A program made the position numbers and the translations under genes. Positions 20,392-30,731 of a stretch of 64,000 bases of DNA are shown here, one piece after another; the first letter of the stretch is position 1, and every line of letters begins with the position of its first letter. Under the pieces are notes generated by a model. It was not told the DNA's origin, made no database searches, and saw only the letters and a list, made by a program, of their open reading frames with translations. Origin of the DNA: an uncultured delta proteobacterium (GTDB lineage: Bacteria > Desulfobacterota > Desulfobacteria > Desulfobacterales > B30-G6); NCBI GenBank assembly GCA_963823335.1, contig CAWGLD010000001.1, positions 896,001 to 960,000 of the forward strand, written 5' to 3'.

Positions 20392-22167
20392 TTAAAACGG
20401 CCAAACCATGGGTATTAAAACAGTTGCCGAAATTACCACCAACAGATTCAGGGGGACGCCCATCGTCAAGTAATCGCTGAATTTGTACCCGCCGGGAGTG
20501 TAAACCAGTAAATTTGTCTGGTAACCGATGGGAGAGGCAAAACAGGCACTCGCACCAAAACAGATGCCAATCACAAACGGTCTCGGATCCACGCCGAGAC
20601 CCACGGCGGTCGATACAGCAATGGGAACCATGAGCACCGCAGTCGCATTGTTGCTCAACAGTTGCGTTCCGATACTCGTCAGAAGAATCATGCCGCCCAG
20701 CACAAAGCCCGGCGACAGACCAGAAAAGAATGACAGGAATGTCTTTGCGTAAATCTGGCTGGTTCCTGTCTGCTCCATGGCCGCTCCAAGGGCGATGGTT
20801 CCTGCTATGAGAAGAAGAATGTCCCCCTGGAGGGCCCGATAGGCGTCTCGCATCTGAAGACAGCCGGTGAAAACCATCAGAAAGGCGGCTGCCAGCGCAC
20901 AAACCATGATGTCGGCCAATCCAAAGGCAGCCGATGCCACCATTGCAACGAACACACTCATGGCAATCCAGGTTTTACGCTTATGGACGATTTCTTCGTA
21001 AACATCTTCGATGATAAGATAATCTGTTTCGGCCCGCATGCCTGTCAATTTGTCGCCGTAGCACCAGATGAGAATCATGTCACCGTTCTTGAGTTTCACA
21101 TCACGAACCTGTTTTTCGGTAAAATGAAGATTGCTTCGCTTGATGGCAATCACATGAATATCAGGGTCTTTCATCAAGCGCGTTTCAATTAACCGCTGTC
21201 CCAACAGGGCGGATTGAGGTGTAATGATAAGTTCGACCACGAGGGATTCATTCTTGGCCACTCCGAACGAAAGTCCTTTTTCTGAGGAGGGCAATGCCAC
21301 CGCTTCCTGATCGAGAATAGCGACGAGGTCGTTTACCGACCCTTTTACCAACAGCATGTCGTCGGCCGCCACCGAGACAACATCCCTGTCAGGATGAAAG
21401 ATATGCGAATATCGTATCAGTTCCAAAACGGTAACCGCCGGAAATTTTTCGTTGAACATCGATGCAGGGTTCTTGCCGATGAGACCACTGCCCCGGGGAA
21501 TTTCCAATTCCGCCAGGTACTGTCGATTTTCGCTGTCCCGGATCTGGCAAACGGGGTTTGCCAGTGAGGGCATAAGCTTCGGTGAGGCAACAAGCAAAAA
21601 AAGGATGCCGATGACGGCAATCGGAACACCTACGATCGACAACTCAAAAAATGACAGGGGTCCCAATCCATATTGCGCACTTAAATCACTCACGATAATA
21701 TTGGTGGAAGTGCCGATCAAGGTACAGGTTCCAGCCAGTATAGATGCATAGGAGACAGGGATAAGAAATTTTGCAGGGCTTAGATTGAATTCACAGCAGA
21801 TTGTCATCACAACGGGGATAAAGAGGACGACCACGGGTGTGTTGTTGATAAAAGCAGATGACACCGCCACTACTGACAAGATCGAGAGCATTGCCAAAGT
21901 GAGGTTCCCTCTGGCAAGTCGGGCTATGCGTCTGCCGATGTATTCTACCGAGCCGGTCCGTACCAGCCCTTTGCTGATCAAGAACATGGCGCCCACGGTC
22001 ACCACCGCCGGGTGTGCCAGCCCGGCCACAGCCTCCCGGGGTTCCAGAACACGGCTAACCACAAGAGAGACCATGATACCGATGGCCGTCAGTGCCACCG
22101 GTATCTTCTCGGTGACAAACAGTACCAGGGCACCAACAAGTACAAATGATACAATCCAGATATCCAT
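20392..22167 (-). CDS. SLC13/CitM-type permease with TrkA-C domains
   Basis: SAFINNTP, GTCTLIGTSTN, SNNATA, SPIGYQTN; central soluble RCK-C repeats. Confidence 0.9.
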   Translation of the reverse strand: MDIWIVSFVLVGALVLFVTEKIPVALTAIGIMVSLVVSRVLEPREAVAGLAHPAVVTVGAMFLISKGLVRTGSVEYIGRRIARLARGNLTLAMLSILSVVAVSSAFINNTPVVVLFIPVVMTICCEFNLSPAKFLIPVSYASILAGTCTLIGTSTNIIVSDLSAQYGLGPLSFFELSIVGVPIAVIGILFLLVASPKLMPSLANPVCQIRDSENRQYLAELEIPRGSGLIGKNPASMFNEKFPAVTVLELIRYSHIFHPDRDVVSVAADDMLLVKGSVNDLVAILDQEAVALPSSEKGLSFGVAKNESLVVELIITPQSALLGQRLIETRLMKDPDIHVIAIKRSNLHFTEKQVRDVKLKNGDMILIWCYGDKLTGMRAETDYLIIEDVYEEIVHKRKTWIAMSVFVAMVASAAFGLADIMVCALAAAFLMVFTGCLQMRDAYRALQGDILLLIAGTIALGAAMEQTGTSQIYAKTFLSFFSGLSPGFVLGGMILLTSIGTQLLSNNATAVLMVPIAVSTAVGLGVDPRPFVIGICFGASACFASPIGYQTNLLVYTPGGYKFSDYLTMGVPLNLLVVISATVLIPMVWPF

Positions 22168-22180
22168 TCTGAAACATCCT

Positions 22181-23239
22181 TCAAGCAACTATTTTGCTGA
22201 TCTTTTCGATAAAGGTCTGCATATCTGCATCGGTACCGATGGTGACCCGCAGGTACTCATCGATGCGTGGTTTATCAAAATATCGAACCAAAATATTTTC
22301 ATCTTTGAGCCGGGTATAAAGTTCCCTGGCCTGTATCCCGCTGGGTTTGACGAAAATAAAATTCGCCATGGAGGGAACAATCGAAAATCCCATTTTAGAC
22401 AGCGCCGCAACCGTACGCTCCCTCGTTTTTATCACCTTTTTACAGGTCGCTCGAAAGTAAGCTTCGTCCCTGATGGCCTCTACGGCGCCGGTAATGGCCA
22501 GTCTGTCCAAGGGGTAAGAATTGAAAGAGTTCTTGGCCCGTTCAAGTCCTTCGATGAGTTTTTCAGATCCCAGGGCTGCGCCGACGCGCAAACCAGCCAG
22601 CGATCTCGATTTTGAAAAAGTCTGGGCCACCAATAGGTTTTCATACTCTCCGAGCAACTGAATGGCGGATTCCCCGCCAAAATCGATATAGGCCTCATCG
22701 ACAATAACGACGCTTTTGTCATTGAGCGCCAACAGATTTTCGATTTGATCCAATGAAAGCAGTTTTCCCGTGGGCGCGTTGGGATTCGGAAAAATAATTC
22801 CGCCATTGGGTTGTGCGTAGTCCGCCAGGGAAATGTCCATATCTGCCGTCAGGGGAACCCGGACATTCTCAATTTCAAAGATACTGCAGTATACCTCATA
22901 GAAGCTGTAGGAAATATCCGGAAAAAGAATGGGCTGCAGCTGCTTGAAAAAACTGATAAAGGAAAGGGCCAGGACTTCGTCCGAACCGTTACCCGCAAAA
23001 ACATTCTCCTTATTCACCGAATAATAATCCGCAATGGCTTGCTTCAACGCCTCACAATTTGGATCCGGATACCGCCGTAAAGCGGCATTGGTTTCCTTCA
23101 CAATAGCGTCGATGACTTTGGGCGAAGGGGGGTAGGGGTTTTCATTGGTATTCAGTTTAATGAAAAGGTCATCTTTGGGTTGTTCGCCCGGAACATAGGG
23201 CTTCAACTCTCGGATAATTTGGCTCCAGTATTTGCTCAT
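22181..23239 (-). CDS. hisC: Histidinol-phosphate aminotransferase
   Basis: PYVPGEQP, KLNTNENPYPPS, GNGSDE, NPNAPTG, DEAY, TFSKSRSLAGLRVG. Confidence 0.95.
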   Translation of the reverse strand: MSKYWSQIIRELKPYVPGEQPKDDLFIKLNTNENPYPPSPKVIDAIVKETNAALRRYPDPNCEALKQAIADYYSVNKENVFAGNGSDEVLALSFISFFKQLQPILFPDISYSFYEVYCSIFEIENVRVPLTADMDISLADYAQPNGGIIFPNPNAPTGKLLSLDQIENLLALNDKSVVIVDEAYIDFGGESAIQLLGEYENLLVAQTFSKSRSLAGLRVGAALGSEKLIEGLERAKNSFNSYPLDRLAITGAVEAIRDEAYFRATCKKVIKTRERTVAALSKMGFSIVPSMANFIFVKPSGIQARELYTRLKDENILVRYFDKPRIDEYLRVTIGTDADMQTFIEKISKIVA

Positions 23240-23285
23240 GATTTTTCCTGTCACATATCAGTGGGTGGTGTGGACTATTCTAAAG

Positions 23286-23345
23286 TATTGAAGAACCTCG
23301 CGGCAAGCCACCACGAATGTTCTGCCACAGGCAAAACCCATGGGG
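23286..23345. repeat. Dispersed palindromic repeat family, copy 2 (partial)
   Basis: TATTGAAGAACCTCGC and CTGCCACAGGCAAAACCCATGGGG match 13064-13079 and 13142-13165. Confidence 0.75.
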
Positions 23346-23807
23346 TTACCGTTCCCTGCTGCGGGTCAACAGCAATAGCACCATTCGTGTGGCTTCCTTT
23401 GTGTAGTTGAAACAGTCCTTTTTCAGGCCATGGGTCTTAAAATAGGACTGCCCCGCTTCCGTACCCAGGTCGCAGCCAATCAGCTCCCTGCAGTTTGTGG
23501 ACCCGAATTTTTCTTCGAAAAGGCTGAAAAACTTCCTCACAAGAGCATAGTTTTCCTCCACGGAGCTGTTGGCGTCATTTCTGCCCGTCAACAGGTTAAT
23601 GCTCAAAATCGCTCCATTGACAGCACCACATTGCCCACACATCCTCGAGGTGCCGCTGCAAAAGCCGGTGGCTATTTTTGGTATGAGTTTGGATTGTATC
23701 CCGTACTCTTCCGCAATGGCCAATAGAACACTTTCGGCACAATAATACCCCGATACAAATAATGACACGCTTCGTTCGGCTGTTTTTTCGATAGTCTCTT
23801 TTTCCAT
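23346..23807 (-). CDS. C-GCAxxG-C-C family putative redox protein
   Basis: GYYCAESVL, GQCGAVNG, FGSTNCRELIG, C-terminal Cys. Confidence 0.88.
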   Translation of the reverse strand: MEKETIEKTAERSVSLFVSGYYCAESVLLAIAEEYGIQSKLIPKIATGFCSGTSRMCGQCGAVNGAILSINLLTGRNDANSSVEENYALVRKFFSLFEEKFGSTNCRELIGCDLGTEAGQSYFKTHGLKKDCFNYTKEATRMVLLLLTRSRER

Positions 23808-23893
23808 AGTGTTTCAAAATCGTTCCAATTTTGTTTGGTCAATGGCTGAAATGTCATAGCTACCCGCGGCTGCTTTGTCGGTCTATTTTTCAT
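23807..23893 (-). pseudogene. N-terminal remnant of a probable GNAT acetyltransferase
   Basis: ATG overlaps the asparaginase stop (ATGA); MTFQPLTKQNWNDFETL resembles the N-terminus of a GNAT subfamily, then similarity stops at the next gene start. Confidence 0.45.
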
Positions 23894-24387
23894 TTGTCTA
23901 ACGATGGCAATGTCTCGAACATACCTTGTTGTCTGTTTTTTCTGACCTGGTCATGGGTAAAGACACACCCATTCATGACAATGTAAACACCGGGCGGCAG
24001 CGTCTGTGCTGCGATAACGGCACAACCGATGTTAAAGACCGCATCGGTTGTTTTGAAAAGCGCCGGTTTGAGTGCACCCGTCAATACGATTGATTTTCCC
24101 TGAATGTCGGCCAGTTTTTTGGCGGTTTTCACCATGGTGTCCGTACCATGGGTAATTAGGATCCTTTCGGACGGATCCCGGTCAACGGCCCTGTAAATGA
24201 TTGTGCGGTCCTCCTCCGTGATCTCCAGACTGTCTTTTTTCATTAAAGATTCAATCGTGTAGGTGAAGGCCAGCTTCAACTCCTCAAAAACCGAGGATAT
24301 ATTCGGCGGGCCCACCTGATACGCGCTCATTTCATCAAAATAGACTTTGTCAATGGTCCCGCCGGTTGTAAATATCTTGATATGCAT
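23890..24387 (-). CDS. Short asparaginase-domain protein
   Basis: TTGGTIDK, KKDSL, ITHGTDTM, VLTGA; start moved to ATG 24387. Confidence 0.9.
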   Translation of the reverse strand: MHIKIFTTGGTIDKVYFDEMSAYQVGPPNISSVFEELKLAFTYTIESLMKKDSLEITEEDRTIIYRAVDRDPSERILITHGTDTMVKTAKKLADIQGKSIVLTGALKPALFKTTDAVFNIGCAVIAAQTLPPGVYIVMNGCVFTHDQVRKNRQQGMFETLPSLDK

Positions 24388-24576
24388 ATTTTCTTTTCCC
24401 GTCTCTTTAATTTTCAGATAAATGTATTGAATCTGACGGTTTTTTTCAAGAATAAACCCATACCCCTTTTCAGACAATCTTTGCTTTGGCATAAAAACCA
24501 ATCGCCACGCTGTCACTATCAAGGGAAAACTTCTGAAACGCGAACTCAGGAAATTTTCCTTCTAATTATTTTTATA

Positions 24577-24616
24577 TTGACGACAAGCACGTCAAATGTT
24601 AATGGTCGTTCATTAA
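24577..24616 (+). promoter_or_regulatory. Putative promoter/operator upstream of the TetR gene
   Basis: TTGACG-N7-CGTCAA and TTAATG-N6-CATTAA palindromes overlapping a TTGAC -35-like element. Confidence 0.4.
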
Positions 24617-24735
24617 TCTTGGTGCCTTTAGCTGTGGCGTCGATAGCTCGCGTACCGCAACGCTTTCAAACTTATTATCCCCACCGAAATTACCGTTTAT
24701 AGCAATATTGACAGCCTTCATTTATACAGGTCAAA

Positions 24736-25344
24736 ATGGCTGAAAAAAACACCAAACAAAAAATGTTGAATTTGGCAAGAAAACTTTTCTGGGAGAAAGG
24801 ATATAATGCCACCAGCATGCGGGACATCGCCCATGCCTATGGATGTAAGCCTGCCAACATTTACAACTTTTTTTCACAAAAAGAAGACATCCTGTATGAA
24901 GTTCTTCTAGAAGAAATGCAGCAGATCATTACGCCTATCATTCATCTGGAAAAAGACGAACAGACAAACCCCATCGCTCAACTACGAACCGTCATCGAAA
25001 GCCATTTAAGGGTTACCTTAAGCTACAGGCGATCGGCAAAATTACTGTTTGACGTGGGGCTGGATCAACTACCCCGTCAAAGACGTCAAACGATCGTTGC
25101 CATGCGTGACCGGTATGACCAGATCATCCGCAACATCATACAAAGGGGCATTGATCTCGATTTGTTTCCGGAAGTCAATAAAAAACTGGCCGGGTTCATG
25201 ATCGCCTCTATGATTACAAGAAGCCGTCTTTGGTACCACCCGAAGAAGGGCGTTTCTATATCAGACCTAACCGACTTTATTGTGAGTTTTTCCCTTAACG
25301 GACTGACCGGTACCAAACCGGTTTTATTCGAGCTTGCTGGCTGA
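24736..25344 (+). CDS. TetR/AcrR family regulator
   Basis: LFWEKGYNATSMRDIA...NIYNFFSQKEDIL HTH. Confidence 0.93.
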   Translation: MAEKNTKQKMLNLARKLFWEKGYNATSMRDIAHAYGCKPANIYNFFSQKEDILYEVLLEEMQQIITPIIHLEKDEQTNPIAQLRTVIESHLRVTLSYRRSAKLLFDVGLDQLPRQRRQTIVAMRDRYDQIIRNIIQRGIDLDLFPEVNKKLAGFMIASMITRSRLWYHPKKGVSISDLTDFIVSFSLNGLTGTKPVLFELAG

Positions 25345-25551
25345 AACGTTACTTGATCTAAGCCAAATGCCGATCTTGATAAAAGAATTGGCGGAATAAC
25401 CGCCTTTTGACCCAAATATATACGATCCCGGTCAGCCATTCGATGTGACGCCCCACCAAACATCTGATGAAGGCATCATATAATTAGGTGAGTGGTTTTT
25501 ATCGGTCGATTGCTGTCGGGAAACAATATCAAGAGCAGGAAAGGAGGGAAC

Positions 25552-26868
25552 ATGAAACCAAACAAACCCATCACAATTTTGGTAATGGTCTGCGTTGCCG
25601 TGGTCTTGCTGACATGTCCGGCCTGGGGTGCCAAAACCATCAAGATCGGCGTCATCGGCCCGATGCAATTTGTCCAGGGCAAGGGCCACTGGAACGGTGC
25701 CACCATGGCTGCCGAAGAAATCAATGCCAAGGGCGGTGTCAACGTGGATGGCAAGATGATGAAGATTGAGCTGGTCAAGGCCGATTCAAATGAGTTTCTG
25801 AACGTGACAGACGCCACCAACGCCATGGAACTTTTGGTAACGCGTGAAAAGGTGGACTTCATCGTGGGCGGTTTCCGCAGCGAGGCTGTTCTGGCCATGC
25901 AGGATATCGCCATGGACTACAAGACCATTTTCATCGGCTGCGGGGCGGCACATCCGGAACTCTGCGAACGCGTGGCCAAGGACTACGACACCTACAAATA
26001 CTTCTTCCGCGGTACACCATTCAACTCCAAATTCCTGGTCAAGACCTGCTTTATTCAAATGGCAACCGTCGGTGCAATCCTGAAAAAGTCCCTGGGTCTC
26101 GAAAAAATTAAGGTGGCCATTGCCGCTGAAAAGGCCATGTGGGTAGACCCCATGATCGAAGCTGCCGAAGGATTTATCCCCAAAATGGGTATGGAGGTCG
26201 TGGGTGTCTGGCGGCCGTCGCCCGTGGCAACGGATGTGACCGCCGAGCTCTCCGCCATTCAGAGATCGGGTGCGCACATGATATTCACGACCTTTTCGTC
26301 CTCGGTGGGCATCCCTTTTGCCCGTCAGGCCGGCGAGCTGAAAATCCCGGCAGCCCAGGTGGGCATCAACGTGGAAGCCCAGAAAGAGGGTTTCTGGGAT
26401 GCCACCCAGGGACAGGGCAACTACGTAATGACCCTCAACACCTATTGCCCGGGGGTCGAATACAACGAACTCACCAAACCGTTCATGGACGCCTACACGA
26501 AAAAATTCAATGAGCCACCGACTTACACGGCAGCCACCTATGATGCCATTATATCTAGTATCGTGCCGGCCATCGAGAAGGTCGGTTCGCTGGATACGGA
26601 CAAGCTGGTGGCCTTCATGGAAAATCAAGAGATCCTGGTGCCTACCGGAAAAGTGGCCTATCTTAAGGATGAGGAAGGCCGTCACCTGCACGATCTACGC
26701 TGGGGACCCGGCTACCTGACCAGTCTGGGGGTTCAGTGGGTAGACGGCAAGCAGATCGGTGTCTGGCCCAACAAGTGGGTGGCTGCCGAAGGCGCGCCAG
26801 AAATCACCTACAAAGGTATTCAGCCCTATAAGATCGCACCCTGGATCATCGAAGCCTACAAAAAGTAA
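25552..26868 (+). CDS. Liv-type ABC transporter substrate-binding protein
   Basis: Signal peptide, IKIGVIGP, AAEEINAKGG; AAGGAGG RBS before ATG 25552. Confidence 0.92.
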   Translation: MKPNKPITILVMVCVAVVLLTCPAWGAKTIKIGVIGPMQFVQGKGHWNGATMAAEEINAKGGVNVDGKMMKIELVKADSNEFLNVTDATNAMELLVTREKVDFIVGGFRSEAVLAMQDIAMDYKTIFIGCGAAHPELCERVAKDYDTYKYFFRGTPFNSKFLVKTCFIQMATVGAILKKSLGLEKIKVAIAAEKAMWVDPMIEAAEGFIPKMGMEVVGVWRPSPVATDVTAELSAIQRSGAHMIFTTFSSSVGIPFARQAGELKIPAAQVGINVEAQKEGFWDATQGQGNYVMTLNTYCPGVEYNELTKPFMDAYTKKFNEPPTYTAATYDAIISSIVPAIEKVGSLDTDKLVAFMENQEILVPTGKVAYLKDEEGRHLHDLRWGPGYLTSLGVQWVDGKQIGVWPNKWVAAEGAPEITYKGIQPYKIAPWIIEAYKK

Positions 26869-26894
26869 ACACACCGGAAAGAAACCCGGTTTTT

Positions 26895-26970
26895 TAACCG
26901 AAATAGCGCTCGCTAACCCTGACGCTTGCTTCGGGGTTAGCGAGCGAATCTAAATCAGACAGAATTCCTT
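26895..26970. repeat. Dispersed palindromic repeat family, copy 3 (strong hairpin)
   Basis: CGCTCGCTAACCC (26907-26919)/GGGTTAGCGAGCG (26934-26946) perfect stem; tail CGAATCTAAATCAGACAGAATTCCTT is 24/26 identical to 48481-48506. Confidence 0.85.
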
Positions 26971-27012
26971 ATTCTGAATTCTCTTATTTTGATTTCCGAA
27001 TTGTGAGGTTCT

Positions 27013-27882
27013 ATGATTCTGGATATTTTTATCACCAGCATAATCAATGGCAGCACCTATGCTCTGTTGGCCATCGGGTTCTCCCTGATTTTCGGTGTGG
27101 CCCGTATTGTCAATATCGCCCACACCGCATTTTACATGGTGGCCGCCTACTGCATCTATTTTGCTTCCCATAAGCTGGGGCTGCACGTTCTCGTCGGTAT
27201 GGCTGCCGGTATTGTGCTGGTACCTATTTTCGGTTTGATCGTTTACAAGATCTTTATCGACCCCATTCGCGAACACGAAGCCGCCGTTCTAATCGGGACG
27301 ATCGCCCTTGCCATTGCCCTGCAGGAAGCCATGATGATCATCTTCACCGGCGACTATCTCAGCGTGGCGCCTATCGTGGCCGGTTACTTCATGATATTCG
27401 GAGTGAAGGTGTTCTATCAGCACCTGATAACATTTGTGACCGTGATGATGGTGCTGAGTGGGTTGAGATTTCTCCTGATGAACACGCGGCTGGGTGTGGC
27501 CATCCGGGCCACCGCCCAGGACCGTGAGGTGGCCAACCTCATGGGTATGAACGAAAGCCGGGTAGCCCTGATCACCGTGGGCATTTCCATTGCTTTGGCC
27601 GCCTTGACCGGTGCTGTTATCGCCCCCCTGACCATCGTGGATCCCTATATGTGGATGCACCCGCTGATCATGATGATGGCCGTGGTGGTACTGGGAGGAT
27701 TGGGAAGCATCAAAGGCAGTTTCATTGCGGCGTATATTCTGGGTTTTGCGGAAGCCCTGGTGGTATTTTTAATCCCTATGGGTGCTTTTTTAAAAGGGTC
27801 GGTTGCGCTTTCCATCATGATTCTGGTGCTGCTGGTCAGACCGGAAGGTCTTTTCGGCGTCGCTTTCGAGGAAGAGAGATAA
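27013..27882 (+). CDS. Liv-type ABC permease (LivH-like)
   Basis: YALLAIGFSLIFGV, TRLGVAIRA, VVLGGLGS, RPEGLFG. Confidence 0.93.
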   Translation: MILDIFITSIINGSTYALLAIGFSLIFGVARIVNIAHTAFYMVAAYCIYFASHKLGLHVLVGMAAGIVLVPIFGLIVYKIFIDPIREHEAAVLIGTIALAIALQEAMMIIFTGDYLSVAPIVAGYFMIFGVKVFYQHLITFVTVMMVLSGLRFLLMNTRLGVAIRATAQDREVANLMGMNESRVALITVGISIALAALTGAVIAPLTIVDPYMWMHPLIMMMAVVVLGGLGSIKGSFIAAYILGFAEALVVFLIPMGAFLKGSVALSIMILVLLVRPEGLFGVAFEEER

Positions 27883-27884
27883 GC

Positions 27885-28925
27885 ATGGATCTGATACGCT
27901 ATTACATCGGCAAGCTTTTTAATTTCATCAAAAATGAAGTGTTCATACTGCCCAGCCGGATCATCGTGGCCCTGTTCGTTGTGCTTCTGCTGATCCTGCC
28001 GCTCATCACCAGCGATCTTTATCTCTTGCGGATCATCATTCTGACCAGTATTTTTGCGATTTTCGCCGGAAGCTGGGACCTGCTGTCCGGATTCACGGGA
28101 CAGATGAATTTCGGGCACGCACTGTTTTTCGGTGTCGGTGCTTACGGCGCCGCCATGCTCAACCATAAACTCGGGTTACCACCCATTGCCAGCATCCCTT
28201 TGGGTGCGATAGCCGCCGTTCTGGCAGGTCTTATTATCGGTATACCCTGCCTGCGGTTGCGCGGAACCTACCTGGCCCTCACCACCCTGGCGTTCCCCAT
28301 TATCCTGATGGGGCTCGTGTTCGCTTTTCCGGATCTCACCGGCGGCGAGTTGGGTATCTCCGGATTAAAGCGGCTGGCTCGCTCCCGGGTAGCCAATTAT
28401 TACATCATCGTACCCATCATGCTGGTTCTGGTGTTTGCCATGTGGAAAATCACGGACTCCAACACCGGAATTATTTTCCACGCCATTCGGGAAGATGAAG
28501 TTGCCGTCAGGGCCTCCGGGATCAACACGACACGCTATAAGTTACTGGCTTTCTGCCTTGCCGGTTTCTTTGCAGGGGTTGCCGGTGGACTTTACGCACA
28601 CTTCATGCGTATTGCCGGGCCATCCACCCTCGAGATCGGCATGTCTTTTCAGGTCGTTATCTGGTCGGTATTCGGCGGGGTGGTGACCATCTGGGGGCCG
28701 GTGGGTGCCGTATTCATTCTATTCCCATTGCTGGAGTTTTTCCGTTTTTGGCCGGAATATCGCATGCTTTTGTTTGCCTTTGTTATTCTGCTGATCCTGC
28801 TGTTCATGCCCCAGGGGATGCTGCCCTGGCTGCGGGATAAAATAGAAAACGAGTGCCCAAGATGCAAAGTTCGCAATGTAGCATCGCGAAAAGCCTGCCG
28901 GGTGTGTGATGCACAGATGCACTGA
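27885..28925 (+). CDS. Liv-type ABC permease (LivM-like) with C-terminal CxxC...CxxC zinc ribbon
   Basis: GFTGQMNFGHALFFG, LRLRGTYLALTT, AIREDE, PQG; tail ECPRCKVRNVASRKACRVC. Confidence 0.92.
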   Translation: MDLIRYYIGKLFNFIKNEVFILPSRIIVALFVVLLLILPLITSDLYLLRIIILTSIFAIFAGSWDLLSGFTGQMNFGHALFFGVGAYGAAMLNHKLGLPPIASIPLGAIAAVLAGLIIGIPCLRLRGTYLALTTLAFPIILMGLVFAFPDLTGGELGISGLKRLARSRVANYYIIVPIMLVLVFAMWKITDSNTGIIFHAIREDEVAVRASGINTTRYKLLAFCLAGFFAGVAGGLYAHFMRIAGPSTLEIGMSFQVVIWSVFGGVVTIWGPVGAVFILFPLLEFFRFWPEYRMLLFAFVILLILLFMPQGMLPWLRDKIENECPRCKVRNVASRKACRVCDAQMH

Positions 28926-29020
28926 ATTCGCATCGATTACCACGAATTGAGGTGGTTTGGTGACCGCCCCGTAATGGGCTCTGTCTCTTATAAAGAACTT
29001 CAGAAGGAGAAAACAGACAT

Positions 29021-30730
29021 ATGGATCCCAAAGACGTCTATATGAGCAAGCCGTGGTTGAAGTACTACCCCGAAGGTGTGCCCCACACGGTCGAGGCGCC
29101 TGATACGACGGTGCATGCGCTATTTGACGACATTGCTGATAAGTACGGCAAAAAAACCGCGCTGATTTTTTACGGGAATAAAATATCATACAGGGAACTG
29201 AAGGAATCCGCCAACCGCTTCGCCGCTGCCCTGGCGGATCTCGGTGTTCAAAAGGGTGACACGGTGTCTCTCTATCTGTTGAATTGTCCCCAGTATGTAA
29301 TCGCCTATTTCGGCGCCCTGAAGGCCGGTGCAAAAATCACCCCTATCAGTCCGGTCTACACCAGCCAAGAGGTTAGACACCAGTTGACGGACAGCCAGGC
29401 GAAAACGGTCATCTGCGAGGACATGCTTTATGAAAACATAGAGCGTACAGGGGTAACGCTGAACAATGTCATTCTGTCGAACATCGGCGATTATCTTCCC
29501 AAAATGAAAAAGCTGTTCGGCAAGGCGGCCCTGAGCAAAGCGTATCAGGACCGGAGTGTCCCCAGCGCAGATAAGATCAGACAGGCGGGCTTGCACACAT
29601 TCAAGGCTCTTTTGAAAAAATATCCGCCCAATCCACCGGACGTGCAGATGAACCCTAAAAAAGATCTGGCCGCACTGCCCTACACCGGCGGGACCACCGG
29701 TCTTCCCAAGGCGGCCATGTTGACGCACCACAACCTGGTTTCGCTCCAGAAGCAGGTCATTGCCTTTTGGCCCTTCATGGAAGAAGGCAATGAAACCGTG
29801 ATCGCCTTCCTGCCGTTTTTCCACATCTACGGGCAGGTCCTGCTCATGCTCGGCAGCTTGACCCAGGGGCACACCATCGTTCTGTTCACCACACCCGATC
29901 TGGACGAAATCCTCGAAGCCATTGAACGCTACCGGGCATCCGCTTTTTACGGCGTGCCCACGCTGTACGAGTATCTGAAAGAGCATGAAAAAACCGACCG
30001 GGTCAATTGGAAACGTATGAAAGCCATCGTCTGTGGCGCAGATACCCTGCACGAATCCACCATACAGGGCTGGGAACGTCGTACCGGTACCCAGATACTG
30101 GAAGGTTACGGCATGACCGAAACCACGGCAGTCAGCCATACGACGCCCCCCGACCGTCCCAAACCGGGGTCATTCGGTGTGCCCATTCCGAACATGAATG
30201 CCGCCATCATCGATGTGGACGGCACGGAATTCAAACCTGTCGGTGAGGAAGGCGAACTCATCCTGAACGGCCCCAACATCATGCAGGGATATTGGCAGCG
30301 CCCGGAAAGCATGCAGGAAGACTTTGTGGAAATCGACGGCAAACAGTGGCTGAGAACGGGAGACCTTGTACGTATGGACGAAGATGGCTATTTTTATTTT
30401 TTCGACCGCAAACGTGACCTGATCAAACACAAGGGATTTTCGGTCTTTGCCCGCCATGTGGAAGAAGTATTGTACAACCATCCGCAGGTAAAAGCCGCTG
30501 GTGTCGTCGGGGTCCCCGATCCCAAGGTGGGAAATACCATCAAGGCTTATGTCGTCTTGCAGAGTGAGGCCCGGGGCAAGATTTCCGAGAGCGAAATTAT
30601 CCAGTTCTGCAGGGATAACATGGCCCACTATAAGGTGCCCGGCATTGTCGAATTCAGGGGTGAACTCCCCAAAACCGATGTCGGCAAAGTCTCACGGCGA
30701 GAATTGAGAGAAGAAGCGGAGGAAAGCTGA
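29021..30730 (+). CDS. Acyl-CoA synthetase (long-chain-fatty-acid CoA ligase family)
   Basis: YTGGTTGLPK, EGYGMTE, RTGDL, DRKRDLI, LPKTDVGK. Confidence 0.94.
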   Translation: MDPKDVYMSKPWLKYYPEGVPHTVEAPDTTVHALFDDIADKYGKKTALIFYGNKISYRELKESANRFAAALADLGVQKGDTVSLYLLNCPQYVIAYFGALKAGAKITPISPVYTSQEVRHQLTDSQAKTVICEDMLYENIERTGVTLNNVILSNIGDYLPKMKKLFGKAALSKAYQDRSVPSADKIRQAGLHTFKALLKKYPPNPPDVQMNPKKDLAALPYTGGTTGLPKAAMLTHHNLVSLQKQVIAFWPFMEEGNETVIAFLPFFHIYGQVLLMLGSLTQGHTIVLFTTPDLDEILEAIERYRASAFYGVPTLYEYLKEHEKTDRVNWKRMKAIVCGADTLHESTIQGWERRTGTQILEGYGMTETTAVSHTTPPDRPKPGSFGVPIPNMNAAIIDVDGTEFKPVGEEGELILNGPNIMQGYWQRPESMQEDFVEIDGKQWLRTGDLVRMDEDGYFYFFDRKRDLIKHKGFSVFARHVEEVLYNHPQVKAAGVVGVPDPKVGNTIKAYVVLQSEARGKISESEIIQFCRDNMAHYKVPGIVEFRGELPKTDVGKVSRRELREEAEES

Positions 30731-30731
30731 T

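Noticed and set aside
23346-23807. Additional selenoprotein candidates (C-GCAxxG-C-C protein, rhodanese, OsmC, MetV)
   Set aside because: Their motif positions are ordinary Cys codons and no in-frame TGA interrupts them.
25786-30139. Long antisense ORFs (25786-26691, 29186-30139) and similar shadow ORFs throughout the window
   Set aside because: They lie opposite well-supported genes, lack motifs, and are expected from codon bias.
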